This document shows positions 1-8,839 of a stretch of 32,000 bases of DNA, one piece after another. The notes under the pieces were generated by a model. That model was not told where the DNA came from. It worked only from the letters and a program-made list of their open reading frames with translations, and did not search any database. The first letter of the stretch is position 1. Each line of letters begins with the position of its first letter. The stretch is from the NCBI RefSeq assembly GCF_014280175.1, contig NZ_CP047931.1, positions 690,001 to 722,000 of the forward strand, read 5' to 3'. The position numbers were made by a program, and so were the translations under genes. This DNA is from Synechococcus sp. A15-28. Its GTDB lineage: Bacteria; Cyanobacteriota; Cyanobacteriia; PCC-6307; Cyanobiaceae.

Positions 1-726
1 AAGGAAAAAGCGTGCGCCCGCGTGGGCATTGCCAGCTTTGGGGCTCATCTGGCGGCAGAGACCCCCGCGGATGAGGTGCTCAGCACGATCCAAACCCTTA
101 ATGCTGATTCCCGTGTCGATGGCATCCTGCTTCAGTTGCCTTTGCCCAAGGGGTTGGATGAGCGTCCCCTGTTGGAGGCCATCGATCCGGCGAAAGATGC
201 CGACGGTCTGCACACCCTCAATCTGGGACGGTTGTTGAAAGGCGAACCCGGCCCGCGCAGCTGTACACCGGCCGGTGTGATAGCGCTTCTGCGCAGCAAC
301 GGCATCGATCCCGCTGGTCAACGGGCCGTCGTCATTGGGCGCAGCATTCTTGTTGGGCAGCCCATGGCCCTGATGCTGCAGGCCGCCAACGCCACCGTCA
401 CCGTCACCCATTCCCGCACCGCTGATCTGGCTGCCCACACCCGCGAAGCCGACATTGTGGTGGTCGCTGCAGGCCGCCCTGGCATGGTCGGCGCCGAGCA
501 CATCAAGCCCGGTGCAGCGGTGGTGGATGTGGGCATTCATCGCAAGCCGGAAGGGGGGCTTTGCGGTGATGTTGTGGCAGGGGAGGTGGAACCGATCGCT
601 GCTGCCCTCTCCCCTGTGCCAGGAGGCGTTGGCCCGATGACGGTGACCATGCTGCTGGTGAACACGGTGGTTGCCTGGTGCCGACGGCATGGCAACGACC
701 ATGGCTTGGAGGACCTGATTGGTTGA
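1..726 (+). CDS. folD: Bifunctional methylenetetrahydrofolate dehydrogenase / methenyl-THF cyclohydrolase (5' end cut by the window edge)
   Basis: Frame 1 is open from base 1 ([12 protein letters not shown]...). FolD-typical blocks are present: [76 protein letters not shown]. The TGA stop is at 724-726. Confidence 0.9.
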   Translation, partial: KEKACARVGIASFGAHLAAETPADEVLSTIQTLNADSRVDGILLQLPLPKGLDERPLLEAIDPAKDADGLHTLNLGRLLKGEPGPRSCTPAGVIALLRSNGIDPAGQRAVVIGRSILVGQPMALMLQAANATVTVTHSRTADLAAHTREADIVVVAAGRPGMVGAEHIKPGAAVVDVGIHRKPEGGLCGDVVAGEVEPIAAALSPVPGGVGPMTVTMLLVNTVVAWCRRHGNDHGLEDLIG

Positions 727-1424
727 TGGCGGAGAACGCGATTCACTGGTTGTTCCCCACACCGGTGCTGCAGGCGGACCTCACACCACCGAGCGATGTG
801 GCCCTGGCGATGCTGCAGCAGCTTGCTCTGTTTAACCAGAAGGTGTTCTCGAAGCCTGAGTTCCGTGATCGCAACAACCTCACCGGTGATCTGCTCGGTC
901 AAGCGGGACTGGATCAATTGCATCGCCTGGAAGCGTTCCAGTGGCTCAATCAGCACCTGGCCATTCACGTGGACGACTACCTGAAGGAGCTGCTGGGGCC
1001 AAATCACGCTCTGCAGGTTCACATTCAGAAGGCTTGGCCTGTGGTCTGTGCTCAGCAAGGCGGGACGATTGAGCCCCATAGCCACCGCAATGCTCAGCTC
1101 AGCGCTGTGTTCTATGTCCGTACGGAACCGGACAATCCCAGTGGGGAGTTGGAGTTTCAGGCTCCAGACGATTACTTCAGTCACGTGATGGCAATCCCTT
1201 ATAAGGACGCAGCTGTCTCGGGGGGAGTGTTCGCTCCCTTACAGCACCGGCTGCTGCTGTTCCCCTCTGATCTGCGTCATCAGGTGACGGCCTATGAGGG
1301 GGAGTCACCTCGCTATTCGGTCTCCTACGACCTGGCTATCACCACAGCACCTGGTCAGGGGCGGGAAATGCGCATGCCGCATCCGATGGACTGGGTTCCC
1401 CTCTGCAATCCAGGGCCGGCCTGA
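726..1424 (+). CDS. Putative 2OG-Fe(II) oxygenase-family protein (TIGR02466 / 2OG-FeII_Oxy_5-like), conserved hypothetical
   Basis: ATG at 726 overlaps the folD stop (TGATG). The sequence IEPHSHRNAQLSAVFYV ... LLLFPSDLRHQV resembles the His/His metal-ligand and C-terminal blocks of this family. The call is by eye only. Confidence 0.55.
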   Translation: MAENAIHWLFPTPVLQADLTPPSDVALAMLQQLALFNQKVFSKPEFRDRNNLTGDLLGQAGLDQLHRLEAFQWLNQHLAIHVDDYLKELLGPNHALQVHIQKAWPVVCAQQGGTIEPHSHRNAQLSAVFYVRTEPDNPSGELEFQAPDDYFSHVMAIPYKDAAVSGGVFAPLQHRLLLFPSDLRHQVTAYEGESPRYSVSYDLAITTAPGQGREMRMPHPMDWVPLCNPGPA

Positions 1425-1451
1425 GAGAATCCCGCCAGTATCGGGCTCTCC

Positions 1452-2381
1452 ATGACCGTCGCGGCGACCTCTCCCGACAACACCCCTGGCGTGGCCGACA
1501 GTTTCGATTTCAAGGCTTATCTCGCCAAAGCCAAGGCGACGGTGGAGGAAGCCCTCGATCAGTCTTTGCTGCCGGAGCGGCCGGAGTCGCTGCGTGAAGC
1601 AATGCGCTACTCGCTGCTGGCGGGCGGAAAGCGTCTTCGCCCCATCCTCTGCCTGGCGGCCTGCGAGCTGGCGGGTGGGGACGCTGCTCAGGCCATGCCC
1701 ACGGCAGTGGCGCTGGAAATGATCCACACCATGTCGTTGATCCATGACGACCTTCCGGCCATGGATGACGATGACCTCCGGCGTGGACGCCCCACGAACC
1801 ACAAGGTCTATGGGGAAGCCGTTGCCATTCTGGCCGGTGATGCGTTGTTGACCCGTGCCTTCGAAATGGTGGCGCTGCGCAGTCCAGGGGTTCAACCCGA
1901 GCGACTGCTCAAGGTGGTGGGCGAGCTGTCGTTGGTGGCGGGGGCTCCTGGCCTGGTGGGTGGTCAGGTGGTGGATCTGGAGAGTGAAGGAAAACAGGTT
2001 GATCTCGAAACGCTCGAGTACATCCACCTCCACAAAACCGGTGCGCTGTTGAGCGCCTGTGTGATCACCGGCGCGATGATCGGCGGGGCCAATGATGAAT
2101 TGATTGCTGCGCTACGGGTCTACGCCCGGGGGATCGGCCTGGCTTTCCAGATCATTGACGACATCCTGGACATCACAGCCAGCAGTGAGGTGCTCGGCAA
2201 AACGGCCGGTAAGGACCTCATTGCCGACAAGACCACCTATCCCAAACTCCTGGGGCTCGAGGAATCCCGCAAACGGGCCAAGGATCTGGTTCATGAGTCC
2301 AAGGAGGTGCTCAAGCCATGGGCCGCCAAAGCCCAACCGCTGCTGGCGTTGGCGGACTACATCACCAGCCGTGATCGATGA
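1452..2381 (+). CDS. crtE: Geranylgeranyl diphosphate synthase (polyprenyl synthetase family)
   Basis: First aspartate-rich motif is [20 protein letters not shown] and the second is FQIIDDILD. Length is 309 aa. GKRLRP and KTGALL blocks are present. Confidence 0.9.
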   Translation: MTVAATSPDNTPGVADSFDFKAYLAKAKATVEEALDQSLLPERPESLREAMRYSLLAGGKRLRPILCLAACELAGGDAAQAMPTAVALEMIHTMSLIHDDLPAMDDDDLRRGRPTNHKVYGEAVAILAGDALLTRAFEMVALRSPGVQPERLLKVVGELSLVAGAPGLVGGQVVDLESEGKQVDLETLEYIHLHKTGALLSACVITGAMIGGANDELIAALRVYARGIGLAFQIIDDILDITASSEVLGKTAGKDLIADKTTYPKLLGLEESRKRAKDLVHESKEVLKPWAAKAQPLLALADYITSRDR

Positions 2382-2890
2382 TTGACTCCGCTCCATCCCA
2401 CGCCGTCCTGCAGGAGTTCCTGGACAACAGTTCGTTGGCCTGGGGGCTTGTGGCCTGTGGCATCGCTCAGTTGTCGAAGTTGCTGATCGAATTGGTCGTT
2501 CATCGCCGCTGGCGTCCGGCGGTGTTGATCGAAACCGGTGGCATGCCCTCCAGCCACTCAGCGCTGGTGACCGGTACGGCCTCCTGCATTGGCTGGACCC
2601 TCGGATTTGACCATCCGCTGTTTGCCCTTGCTGCGATGGTCAGCTTCGTGGTGATGTACGACGCCAGTGGCATTCGACGTGCGGCGGGTTTCACCGCCGA
2701 ACGGGTCAATGCCCTGCCGATGGAACTCTGGCCCACAGCCCATGACAAACCGCTGAAGGAAAGCCTCGGCCACAGTCGCTTGCAGGTGTTGGTGGGAAGC
2801 TTGATCGGTCCTGGGGTGGCCTTGCCGGGTCTGGTGCTGCTGGGATCGCCCTGGCATCTGGCCGCCGGCCTGCGGGCAGCACTGGGGTGA
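2378..2890 (+). CDS. Divergent PAP2-family membrane protein (DUF212 / acid phosphatase-vanadium haloperoxidase-related)
   Basis: [11 protein letters not shown] ... [12 protein letters not shown] ... LKESLGHS blocks and several hydrophobic helices. The ATG overlaps the crtE stop (ATGA at 2378-2381). Confidence 0.8.
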   Translation: MIDSAPSHAVLQEFLDNSSLAWGLVACGIAQLSKLLIELVVHRRWRPAVLIETGGMPSSHSALVTGTASCIGWTLGFDHPLFALAAMVSFVVMYDASGIRRAAGFTAERVNALPMELWPTAHDKPLKESLGHSRLQVLVGSLIGPGVALPGLVLLGSPWHLAAGLRAALG

Positions 2891-4350
2891 GCAACGAGGA
2901 TCACCTCACAAAAGATCTCACGGACGATCAGCGCGAGGCTGCCGATGCTTTCGCTGCGTGGCTGACCTCACCATCCGATGGAACACCCTTTGTTCTGAGC
3001 GGTTTCGCTGGTAGCGGCAAGACGTTTCTGTCGATGCGCCTGCTGCGGATGGTGGAGATGCAGGGGCTTTGCTGGACCGTGGTGGCGCCAACCCATAAAG
3101 CTGTGGGTGTTCTGCGTCAGGCCCTGGATCTGGAGGGTCTTCAGCCCACCTGGTACCCCTCCACGATTCACCGCTTGCTGCGGCTGAAGCTGAAACGCTC
3201 CGCGGATGCCGAACTCTGCGAACCGACGGAGCAGACGGCGATGGCTCTCGAAAACCTCGGCCTCGTGCTCATTGATGAGGCCTCCATGGTGGACAGCACG
3301 TTGCTGGGCATTGCTCTTCAGTGCGCCCATCCGTTCAAAACCCGGTTGGTGTTTGTTGGTGATCCAGCGCAGCTGCCTCCGGTCGGCGAGGACTCCAGCC
3401 CTGTGTTTGCCATGCAGCGGGCCTGTGCTGCGTCTCTGGAGGAGGTGGTGCGTCACCAGGGCCCTGTGTTGCAGCTCGCCAGCCGCTTACGCGATGGAGG
3501 ACTTCCCTGTCAGAACCCGCCCGTGTTGCCGCCGATCCGCGATGAGCGGGGGCAAGTGTGCTGTCTGCCCCAAAAGGACTGGTTGGACCATGCGCGCCAG
3601 GCACTGCGACAGGCCTCCCTCCAGGACAACCCTGACGCAGCCAGGATTCTTTGTTACACCAACCGCACCCTTGAGCGCCTGGTCCCCCTGGCAAGGCGGG
3701 CTATCCATGGGGACATGGCTGATCAGATGGCGGTGCTGCCTGGGGAGGTGCTGATCAGTCGGGCGGCAGTGATGGCACCAGCCTCCAGGGATGGTGAGGA
3801 GACCGGCGAGGAGCCAGACATGGTGCTCGGCTCCAATCGTGAAGTGATTGTCAGGGATGTGACGCTTGAGTCCTGCGATTTAATGGATTTCGGCCTTTCC
3901 CCGTCGGATGGAGCCGTTCCTGTGATTGAAACAGTGTCGGCTCAGGTTTCCGCAGGGGAGTTGGAGCTCTGCTTGAGACTCCAGCCGCCCGTCGGCAGTG
4001 ATGCCAGGCGCGCGCTTGATGGGGTGATGCAGCGCTTGCGTCAACAGGCCCGGGACGCGGGGCAGAAAAACGGTCGGGCCATCTGGCGGCGGTATTTCCT
4101 TCTTCGCGATGCCTTTGCCTCCCTCGGACCGGCAGCAGTGTTGACGGTGCATCGCAGTCAGGGCAGCAGTTTCGGGGAGGTCTTTGTGGCCCCGGATGTG
4201 TTCCGTGCCGACCAATCCATCCGGCAGCAACTTTGTTACGTCGCAGTGTCCCGGGCGCGAACCGGTGTCTGGTTGATCGGAGGAAGCGCCAGCCCTGCCA
4301 TCGAGCATGTCTGGCGCCATGCATTCGCATCGCCACCTTCGGCCCCTTGA
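2887..4350 (+). CDS. SF1 RecD/Dda-like ATP-dependent DNA helicase (AAA_30 / UvrD_C_2 type)
   Basis: Walker A GFAGSGKTF, motif II LIDEASMVD, motif III FVGDPAQLPPV, motif V LTVHRSQGSSF, motif VI YVAVSRAR. The GTG start overlaps the upstream stop (GTGA at 2887-2890). Confidence 0.85.
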   Translation: MSNEDHLTKDLTDDQREAADAFAAWLTSPSDGTPFVLSGFAGSGKTFLSMRLLRMVEMQGLCWTVVAPTHKAVGVLRQALDLEGLQPTWYPSTIHRLLRLKLKRSADAELCEPTEQTAMALENLGLVLIDEASMVDSTLLGIALQCAHPFKTRLVFVGDPAQLPPVGEDSSPVFAMQRACAASLEEVVRHQGPVLQLASRLRDGGLPCQNPPVLPPIRDERGQVCCLPQKDWLDHARQALRQASLQDNPDAARILCYTNRTLERLVPLARRAIHGDMADQMAVLPGEVLISRAAVMAPASRDGEETGEEPDMVLGSNREVIVRDVTLESCDLMDFGLSPSDGAVPVIETVSAQVSAGELELCLRLQPPVGSDARRALDGVMQRLRQQARDAGQKNGRAIWRRYFLLRDAFASLGPAAVLTVHRSQGSSFGEVFVAPDVFRADQSIRQQLCYVAVSRARTGVWLIGGSASPAIEHVWRHAFASPPSAP

Positions 4351-4405
4351 GAAGTCACCTTGGCCTCGTTTGACTGAATCAGTCCGATTGTTTTGTTGAC
4401 GGTCC

Positions 4406-4693
4406 ATGGTGATGAGGAACCGTTGTCTGATCGCCCTCAGCTTGTTGAGTCTTGTTCTGGCCAGTTCAGCGGCTTGGGCTCAGCAACCAATCAAGGCCCA
4501 TCTGGTGCTGACCACGGGTGTTTTCGGCTCCAAGTTTTCAGGCAGCAATGCCGCCAACAGTGACTCAACTTGGATGGTGACCATCCCGATGTTGAGTGAG
4601 AGTGGTTGCAAGGCCGAGGGTGAGCGTTGGCTTCGTCGCCGCTCTCGTTTCCGCAAGGGGTTTCGTGAATACTTCTGCGTGATCTTGCGCTGA
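4406..4693 (+). CDS. Small secreted hypothetical protein (signal peptide)
   Basis: The N-terminus MVMRNRCLIALSLLSLVLASSAAWA/QQP looks like a Sec signal peptide with an AxA cleavage site. It has two Cys and a basic C-terminus. It lies at the edge of an AT-richer islet. Confidence 0.5.
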   Translation: MVMRNRCLIALSLLSLVLASSAAWAQQPIKAHLVLTTGVFGSKFSGSNAANSDSTWMVTIPMLSESGCKAEGERWLRRRSRFRKGFREYFCVILR

Positions 4694-4719
4694 AATTATG
4701 GATGCGAGATTCTTTGATT

Positions 4720-4905
4720 CTATTTCCAGGGTGATTCCTTCTCCTGGTAGTCCGTCATTAGGGCGGCGAGGATGAGCACCACATATCTGTTGTCTGCTCC
4801 TGTCTCCTGCTTGAATCGGCGGATGATGTCGGCAATGTTCCTCATGACTTCTGGTATTTCCTTCTTCTTCTGATCCTTGCTAGGAACAAAATTCAATGAC
4901 TGCAA
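4720..4905 (-). CDS. Hypothetical small protein (start uncertain: TTG at 4905 or ATG at 4845)
   Basis: Open frame in an AT-richer stretch with no recognisable motif. The track start is a TTG. An internal ATG would give 41 aa. Confidence 0.3.
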   Translation of the reverse strand: MQSLNFVPSKDQKKKEIPEVMRNIADIIRRFKQETGADNRYVVLILAALMTDYQEKESPWK

Positions 4906-5047
4906 CTTATCTTGTGGCTCACCACTTTATGGTGTTAATGCTCATTTCATCTTAAAAAAATTAGGAGAGACGATCCCAATTTTTGCCCAGGATCCCACAG
5001 CACGTGTTGATCGGATCCGGGGCCGAGGTGAATCGTTTCCCTCGTGG

Positions 5048-5635
5048 CTAGAGATTCCCAGCGGATGGGGCATTCCAGCGCTGAATGGCTCGGGTTTCCC
5101 GCTCCCAGCCCAGGATGCTGACTGAAGCTGTGCCGAGTCGGAGCAGTTGTCCGCCGGCGGCTCCCAGTCCCAGCCATGTTCCAGCCAGTGCCCGGAGAAT
5201 GTGGCCATGGGCAAACAGAGCAACATCCCCGTCTTCAGGGATAGCCAGAGCTGTGCTGATCGCTCGTGCGCAGCGGGCCTCAACCTCTGGAGGGTCCTCT
5301 CCGTTCGGACAGCCATGGCTCCAGACCGTCCAATCCGGGATGCTTTCACGGATCGTGGCGGTGGTGATGCCTTCGTAGTCGCCGTAGTTCCACTCGATGA
5401 TGTCGTCGCAGATCTGCATCTGATCGCCGAGCCCTGCCAACTCGCAGGTGCGTCGTGCCCGTTGCAGGGGAGAGCTGAATACCGCTGCGAAGCGCTGCTG
5501 GCTCAGAACCGGGGAGAGGGCGCGGGCTTCGGCTTCACCCTCGGGCAGCAGCGGCAGGTCTGTGCTGCCGGTGTGCCGCCCATTGAGAGCCCATTCCGTC
5601 GCCCCGTGGCGGAGCAACCAGAGCTGGCGTGACAT
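5048..5635 (-). CDS. Histidine phosphatase family protein (phosphoglycerate mutase-like, GpmB/SixA superfamily)
   Basis: N-terminal catalytic RHG motif (LWLLRHGATEWALNGRHTG), SPLQRARRT block, and a distal His (LFAHGHILRAL). Confidence 0.85.
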   Translation of the reverse strand: MSRQLWLLRHGATEWALNGRHTGSTDLPLLPEGEAEARALSPVLSQQRFAAVFSSPLQRARRTCELAGLGDQMQICDDIIEWNYGDYEGITTATIRESIPDWTVWSHGCPNGEDPPEVEARCARAISTALAIPEDGDVALFAHGHILRALAGTWLGLGAAGGQLLRLGTASVSILGWERETRAIQRWNAPSAGNL

Positions 5636-5699
5636 CAGCTGATCAGCGGGGTGACCAGCTCAAGATGGGCAGTGATGAACGGCGCGTCAGCAGCCTGAA

Positions 5700-5810
5700 T
5701 CACAACCTCAGGATCAGAGCTGCAAGGCCGATACAGACCCCCAGGCTGAGGACGCCGAGCAGGGCACGCCAGAACGCTTTGTCCTGTGGATCGAGGAAGT
5801 TCTTGCCCAT
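5700..5810 (-). CDS. Unannotated 36-aa single-pass membrane peptide (MGKNFLDPQDKAFWRALLGVLSLGVCIGLAALILRL)
   Basis: ATG lies 13 nt after the acyP stop on the same strand as its neighbours. Third-position codons are G/C-rich, as in neighbouring genes. It has one clear hydrophobic helix. It is below the 60-aa ORF-track cutoff. Confidence 0.45.
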   Translation of the reverse strand: MGKNFLDPQDKAFWRALLGVLSLGVCIGLAALILRL

Positions 5811-5823
5811 GGCCCCAGTCTGA

Positions 5824-6177
5824 TCAGCGGCGCACCTCAAACCAATCATCACCGGTCACAGGAAATTGGCTCAGCTGAACCCTCAGCACCTCTGCTCCAG
5901 GGGGTCCCTGTTCACACCAGGCCCGCAGCTCGGAAATCGCCAGAGGCGGCCCTTCGGCCTGCACTTCAACTCTGCCGTCGCGCAGGTTGCGGACCCAGCC
6001 CCGTAGCCCAAGGTCCAGTGCACGCCGGTTGCAGCTGGCTCGGAATCCGACCCCCTGGACCTGTCCGTGGATCAGCAGTCGCCAGCGTTCGAGGAAGGGT
6101 TGCGGGCGGCCGGACTGGGTTCGGTTGACGAACCGCCGGGCAATGGAATCGGCTCTGTTGCGAGTGCGTCGCGCCAT
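5824..6177 (-). CDS. acyP: Acylphosphatase (start uncertain; the ORF is open to 6276)
   Basis: Signature IHGQVQGVGFR plus GWVRNLRDGRVEVQAEG. The nearest ATG upstream of the domain is at 6177 and overlaps the cobB 3' end. Confidence 0.8.
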   Translation of the reverse strand: MARRTRNRADSIARRFVNRTQSGRPQPFLERWRLLIHGQVQGVGFRASCNRRALDLGLRGWVRNLRDGRVEVQAEGPPLAISELRAWCEQGPPGAEVLRVQLSQFPVTGDDWFEVRR

Positions 6178-7499
6178 CGGGAGCAGATCATCGAAGAGCT
6201 GGCCCAGTGCAGGTGAATCCAGCTGGCGTGAATCCTCTGAGTACCCCATCCCTCCGGTGTTTGTCCGGTTCTCCATCCTTCAATGTCCCACAGCACGGAC
6301 TCGTCCGATGGTGGTCGGTCGTGCTCGAGAATCCAGCGGTGAAACTCGTGGCCCCGCAGGGATTCTCCATGCCGCAGCAGCAGGCCGTCCCGGCGTGGTG
6401 TCAGCTGGCGATAGCCCACTTGGAGCCCTCCGCGCCGGGCGCTGAAGGGCAGCAGACCTGCCATCGGATGCGGCGTGCCATTGAGATCGTTCAGCTGCTG
6501 GCCCAGCAACAACATGCCGCCGCATTCGGCATACACCGGGCGTTGTTGCGCAAACTCCCTCAGGGCGGAAAGGCTTCTGCGGCACTGCCCCAGCTCCTCA
6601 GCGTGTTGCTCCGGAAAACCGCCTGGCAGGATCAGTCCCCGGGCGTCGGGCGGAATCGGTTCATCGGCGAGGGGGCTCCAGGGCAGCAGGGGCATCGCCA
6701 TGCGCTCCAGCTGCTCGCCTGTCTCGGCGTAGCGGAAGTGAAAAGCCTCATCCACTGCGACGGCCACCGGCAACGCCGGCCCGGTGATCGGAGCGATCTC
6801 ATCCAGCGGGGGCGTCCCTGACCGTGGAGCCTCCATCAGTGCCAGCCAGTGCGTGACATCGAGATGCTCTTCGGCGAGTCGCGCCCAGCGCTGATGTCGA
6901 TGTAATGGGTTCTGCAGTTCGTGGGCCGGGGCCAGGCCCAGATGTCGGCTGGGTAGTGCCAGCTCATCACTCTTCGGCAGACAGCCCAGTAGGGGCATGC
7001 CGATCGCATCAAGAACCTCCTGCAGCAGCTCCCGGTGTCGTTGGCTGCTCACCCTGTTGAGCACGACACCCGCCAGGGTCAGGTCTGGGTCGTGATCACG
7101 GAAACCCTGGACGAGGGCCCCCAGCGATGCGGCCTGACCACCGGCATCGATCACCAGAACCACGGGGAGCTGCAGCTGTTTCGCGATGGCTGCCGTGCTG
7201 CCGGCTTCGCTGCAGCCGATGCCATCGAACAAGCCCATCACCCCCTCCACAAGGGCCAGATCCCGCTGGCTCCCGTAACCGAGAAAGGCCTTTTCAACCC
7301 AGGCCTGTCCGCAGAGGTTGAGATCGAGATTTCTGCAGGGGTGTCCTGCAGCAGCACTCAGCAGCTGGGGGTCGAGGTAGTCCGGCCCGACTTTGAAAGG
7401 TTGAATGCTGTGGCCCTGAGAGCGGGCCCATGCCAACAGGGCGAGTGTCAGGAGCGTTTTGCCGCTGCCGCTGGCCGGTGCGGCGATGACAACGGCCAT
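6072..7499 (-). CDS. cobB: Cobyrinate a,c-diamide synthase (CobB/CbiA)
   Basis: N-terminal P-loop VVIAAPASGSGKTLLTLALL, FKVGPDYLDP, and a C-terminal glutamine amidotransferase part (YAECGGMLLLG ... GHEFH). Confidence 0.9.
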   Translation of the reverse strand: MAVVIAAPASGSGKTLLTLALLAWARSQGHSIQPFKVGPDYLDPQLLSAAAGHPCRNLDLNLCGQAWVEKAFLGYGSQRDLALVEGVMGLFDGIGCSEAGSTAAIAKQLQLPVVLVIDAGGQAASLGALVQGFRDHDPDLTLAGVVLNRVSSQRHRELLQEVLDAIGMPLLGCLPKSDELALPSRHLGLAPAHELQNPLHRHQRWARLAEEHLDVTHWLALMEAPRSGTPPLDEIAPITGPALPVAVAVDEAFHFRYAETGEQLERMAMPLLPWSPLADEPIPPDARGLILPGGFPEQHAEELGQCRRSLSALREFAQQRPVYAECGGMLLLGQQLNDLNGTPHPMAGLLPFSARRGGLQVGYRQLTPRRDGLLLRHGESLRGHEFHRWILEHDRPPSDESVLWDIEGWRTGQTPEGWGTQRIHASWIHLHWASSSMICSRWRDALATEPIPLPGGSSTEPSPAARNPSSNAGDC

Positions 7500-7514
7500 G
7501 GTGGAGCGTCGGCG

Positions 7515-8801
7515 TCAGTTCAGCAGCCTGGCAGCCAGTGAAGCCGATGTGGCCAGCAGCGGATTGGTGGAGTCGTGTCCACCGCTGAGCAGCCTCGCCA
7601 CATCCATTTCCGGTGAGGCGTGCTGAACCGAAACGATCTCCTCATGCAGCTCAAGGCTGGCCATGCCACCCCCCTCAAGACGCATGCAGCCACCGGATTC
7701 CCCACAGAGGATCACGCAGACACCCTGCCCTTGCTCCGGTTGGCAGATCAGGCGCAGACCGACCATCTGTCCGGCATGGACACTGGGCTGGCCGGTGGGG
7801 ACAGTCATCAACTGGAAGCGGATGTCGGCTCCGTCATGGCGGCTGAACCGAGCTGTGACCCCTTCCTCGGTGACGTCGCTTGTCTGCAACTGCCAGCCGA
7901 GACGGTCTGCAATCCAGGCCGCCATCAACAGGCCCTGGGCTGGATGGTGACCTTCCACATCGATGTCCAACTGCGTGATGTGGCAGAGAGCATCCCGGCG
8001 GTTCGGAGGGTCAAACACCATCGCCAGGGTTTCGCGCCAGCTGCGCAGGCGCAGCCAGTTGAGGTCATTCACCGCCTGACCGGACTCCACGCGCGACCGC
8101 AGCAGGTTGAGGCAGTGGGCGGGGTTACCGACGGCGGTGTCGATGATCAGGCGCCTGGGAGCACAGGCCAGCTGTTCCATCAGATCGGGGGCTTCATCCA
8201 GGAATCCGTTCCACCAGACCCAGGACGGCATGGAGGGCGGCAGCAGCGGCTGCAGGATCGACATGCCGTCGCGAAGGGCATCGTGGCCACCGCGCAACAC
8301 CACCACATCGCCACAGGCGGTGGTGCCTCCTCCCTCCTCAGGCAAGGGGCAGTAAGCGGCCACAAGCGTTTCGAGTCCCTGCTGGGCGTTGATGGTCGGC
8401 GCCAGGGTGATCAAGCGTCGGGGCTGGAGCTCACTCAGGGCCGGGTCGATGTACTGACCTCTCAGATCATCGGCCTGGGTTTCACCCTCGAGCTGGGCGA
8501 CGGAAGCGATCAGCTCTCCGGCGCTGGGTGGTGTGCTCAGGGGTAGATCGGTATCGATCACGGCCTGGCGACCGGCCTGCAGCAGCGCATCGGATTGCTG
8601 GCCAGTGATCGGACCGTTGAGCCGACCGCAACGCACCAGTTGCTGTTCGGCCCAGGCGGGTTGCCAGATCAGCAGACAGAACGTGTTGGCACCGGCACCG
8701 GTGTTGCCTTGCTGCTCCGTTGACCAGAGCTGCTCCAGATAGGTGGGGACCTCGGAGGGCGCCAGTTCGAGCGGGGTCTGAAGGGTGAGCTGGGGAGACA
8801 T
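7515..8801 (-). CDS. opcA: Glucose-6-phosphate dehydrogenase assembly protein OpcA
   Basis: 428-aa ORF immediately downstream of zwf on the same strand, which is the conserved cyanobacterial zwf-opcA arrangement. The N-terminus (VPTYLEQLW ... NTFCLLIW) fits OpcA. The call rests on synteny plus similarity judged by eye. Confidence 0.8.
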   Translation of the reverse strand: MSPQLTLQTPLELAPSEVPTYLEQLWSTEQQGNTGAGANTFCLLIWQPAWAEQQLVRCGRLNGPITGQQSDALLQAGRQAVIDTDLPLSTPPSAGELIASVAQLEGETQADDLRGQYIDPALSELQPRRLITLAPTINAQQGLETLVAAYCPLPEEGGGTTACGDVVVLRGGHDALRDGMSILQPLLPPSMPSWVWWNGFLDEAPDLMEQLACAPRRLIIDTAVGNPAHCLNLLRSRVESGQAVNDLNWLRLRSWRETLAMVFDPPNRRDALCHITQLDIDVEGHHPAQGLLMAAWIADRLGWQLQTSDVTEEGVTARFSRHDGADIRFQLMTVPTGQPSVHAGQMVGLRLICQPEQGQGVCVILCGESGGCMRLEGGGMASLELHEEIVSVQHASPEMDVARLLSGGHDSTNPLLATSASLAARLLN

Positions 8802-8839
8802 CGGGTAGGAGGAATGAAGTGCGGCGAGTTCCGGTGTTG

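Noticed and set aside
5629-5823. 64-aa plus-strand ORF in the acyP / histidine-phosphatase gap.
   Set aside because: It lies on the opposite strand to the whole gene run and gives a Arg/Ser-rich translation. The minus-strand 36-aa TM ORF explains the gap better.
7500-7514. Looked for a cobalamin riboswitch upstream of cobB.
   Set aside because: Only 15 nt separate cobB from the opcA stop, which leaves no room for a riboswitch. cobB is evidently co-transcribed with zwf-opcA.
7620-8546. 308-aa plus-strand ORF, together with several shorter plus-strand ORFs across 7613-8742.
   Set aside because: It is antisense to the recognisable opcA gene. The translation is low-complexity (Gly/Ala/His/Gln-rich) with no motif. 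Such long antisense frames are typical of high-GC DNA.
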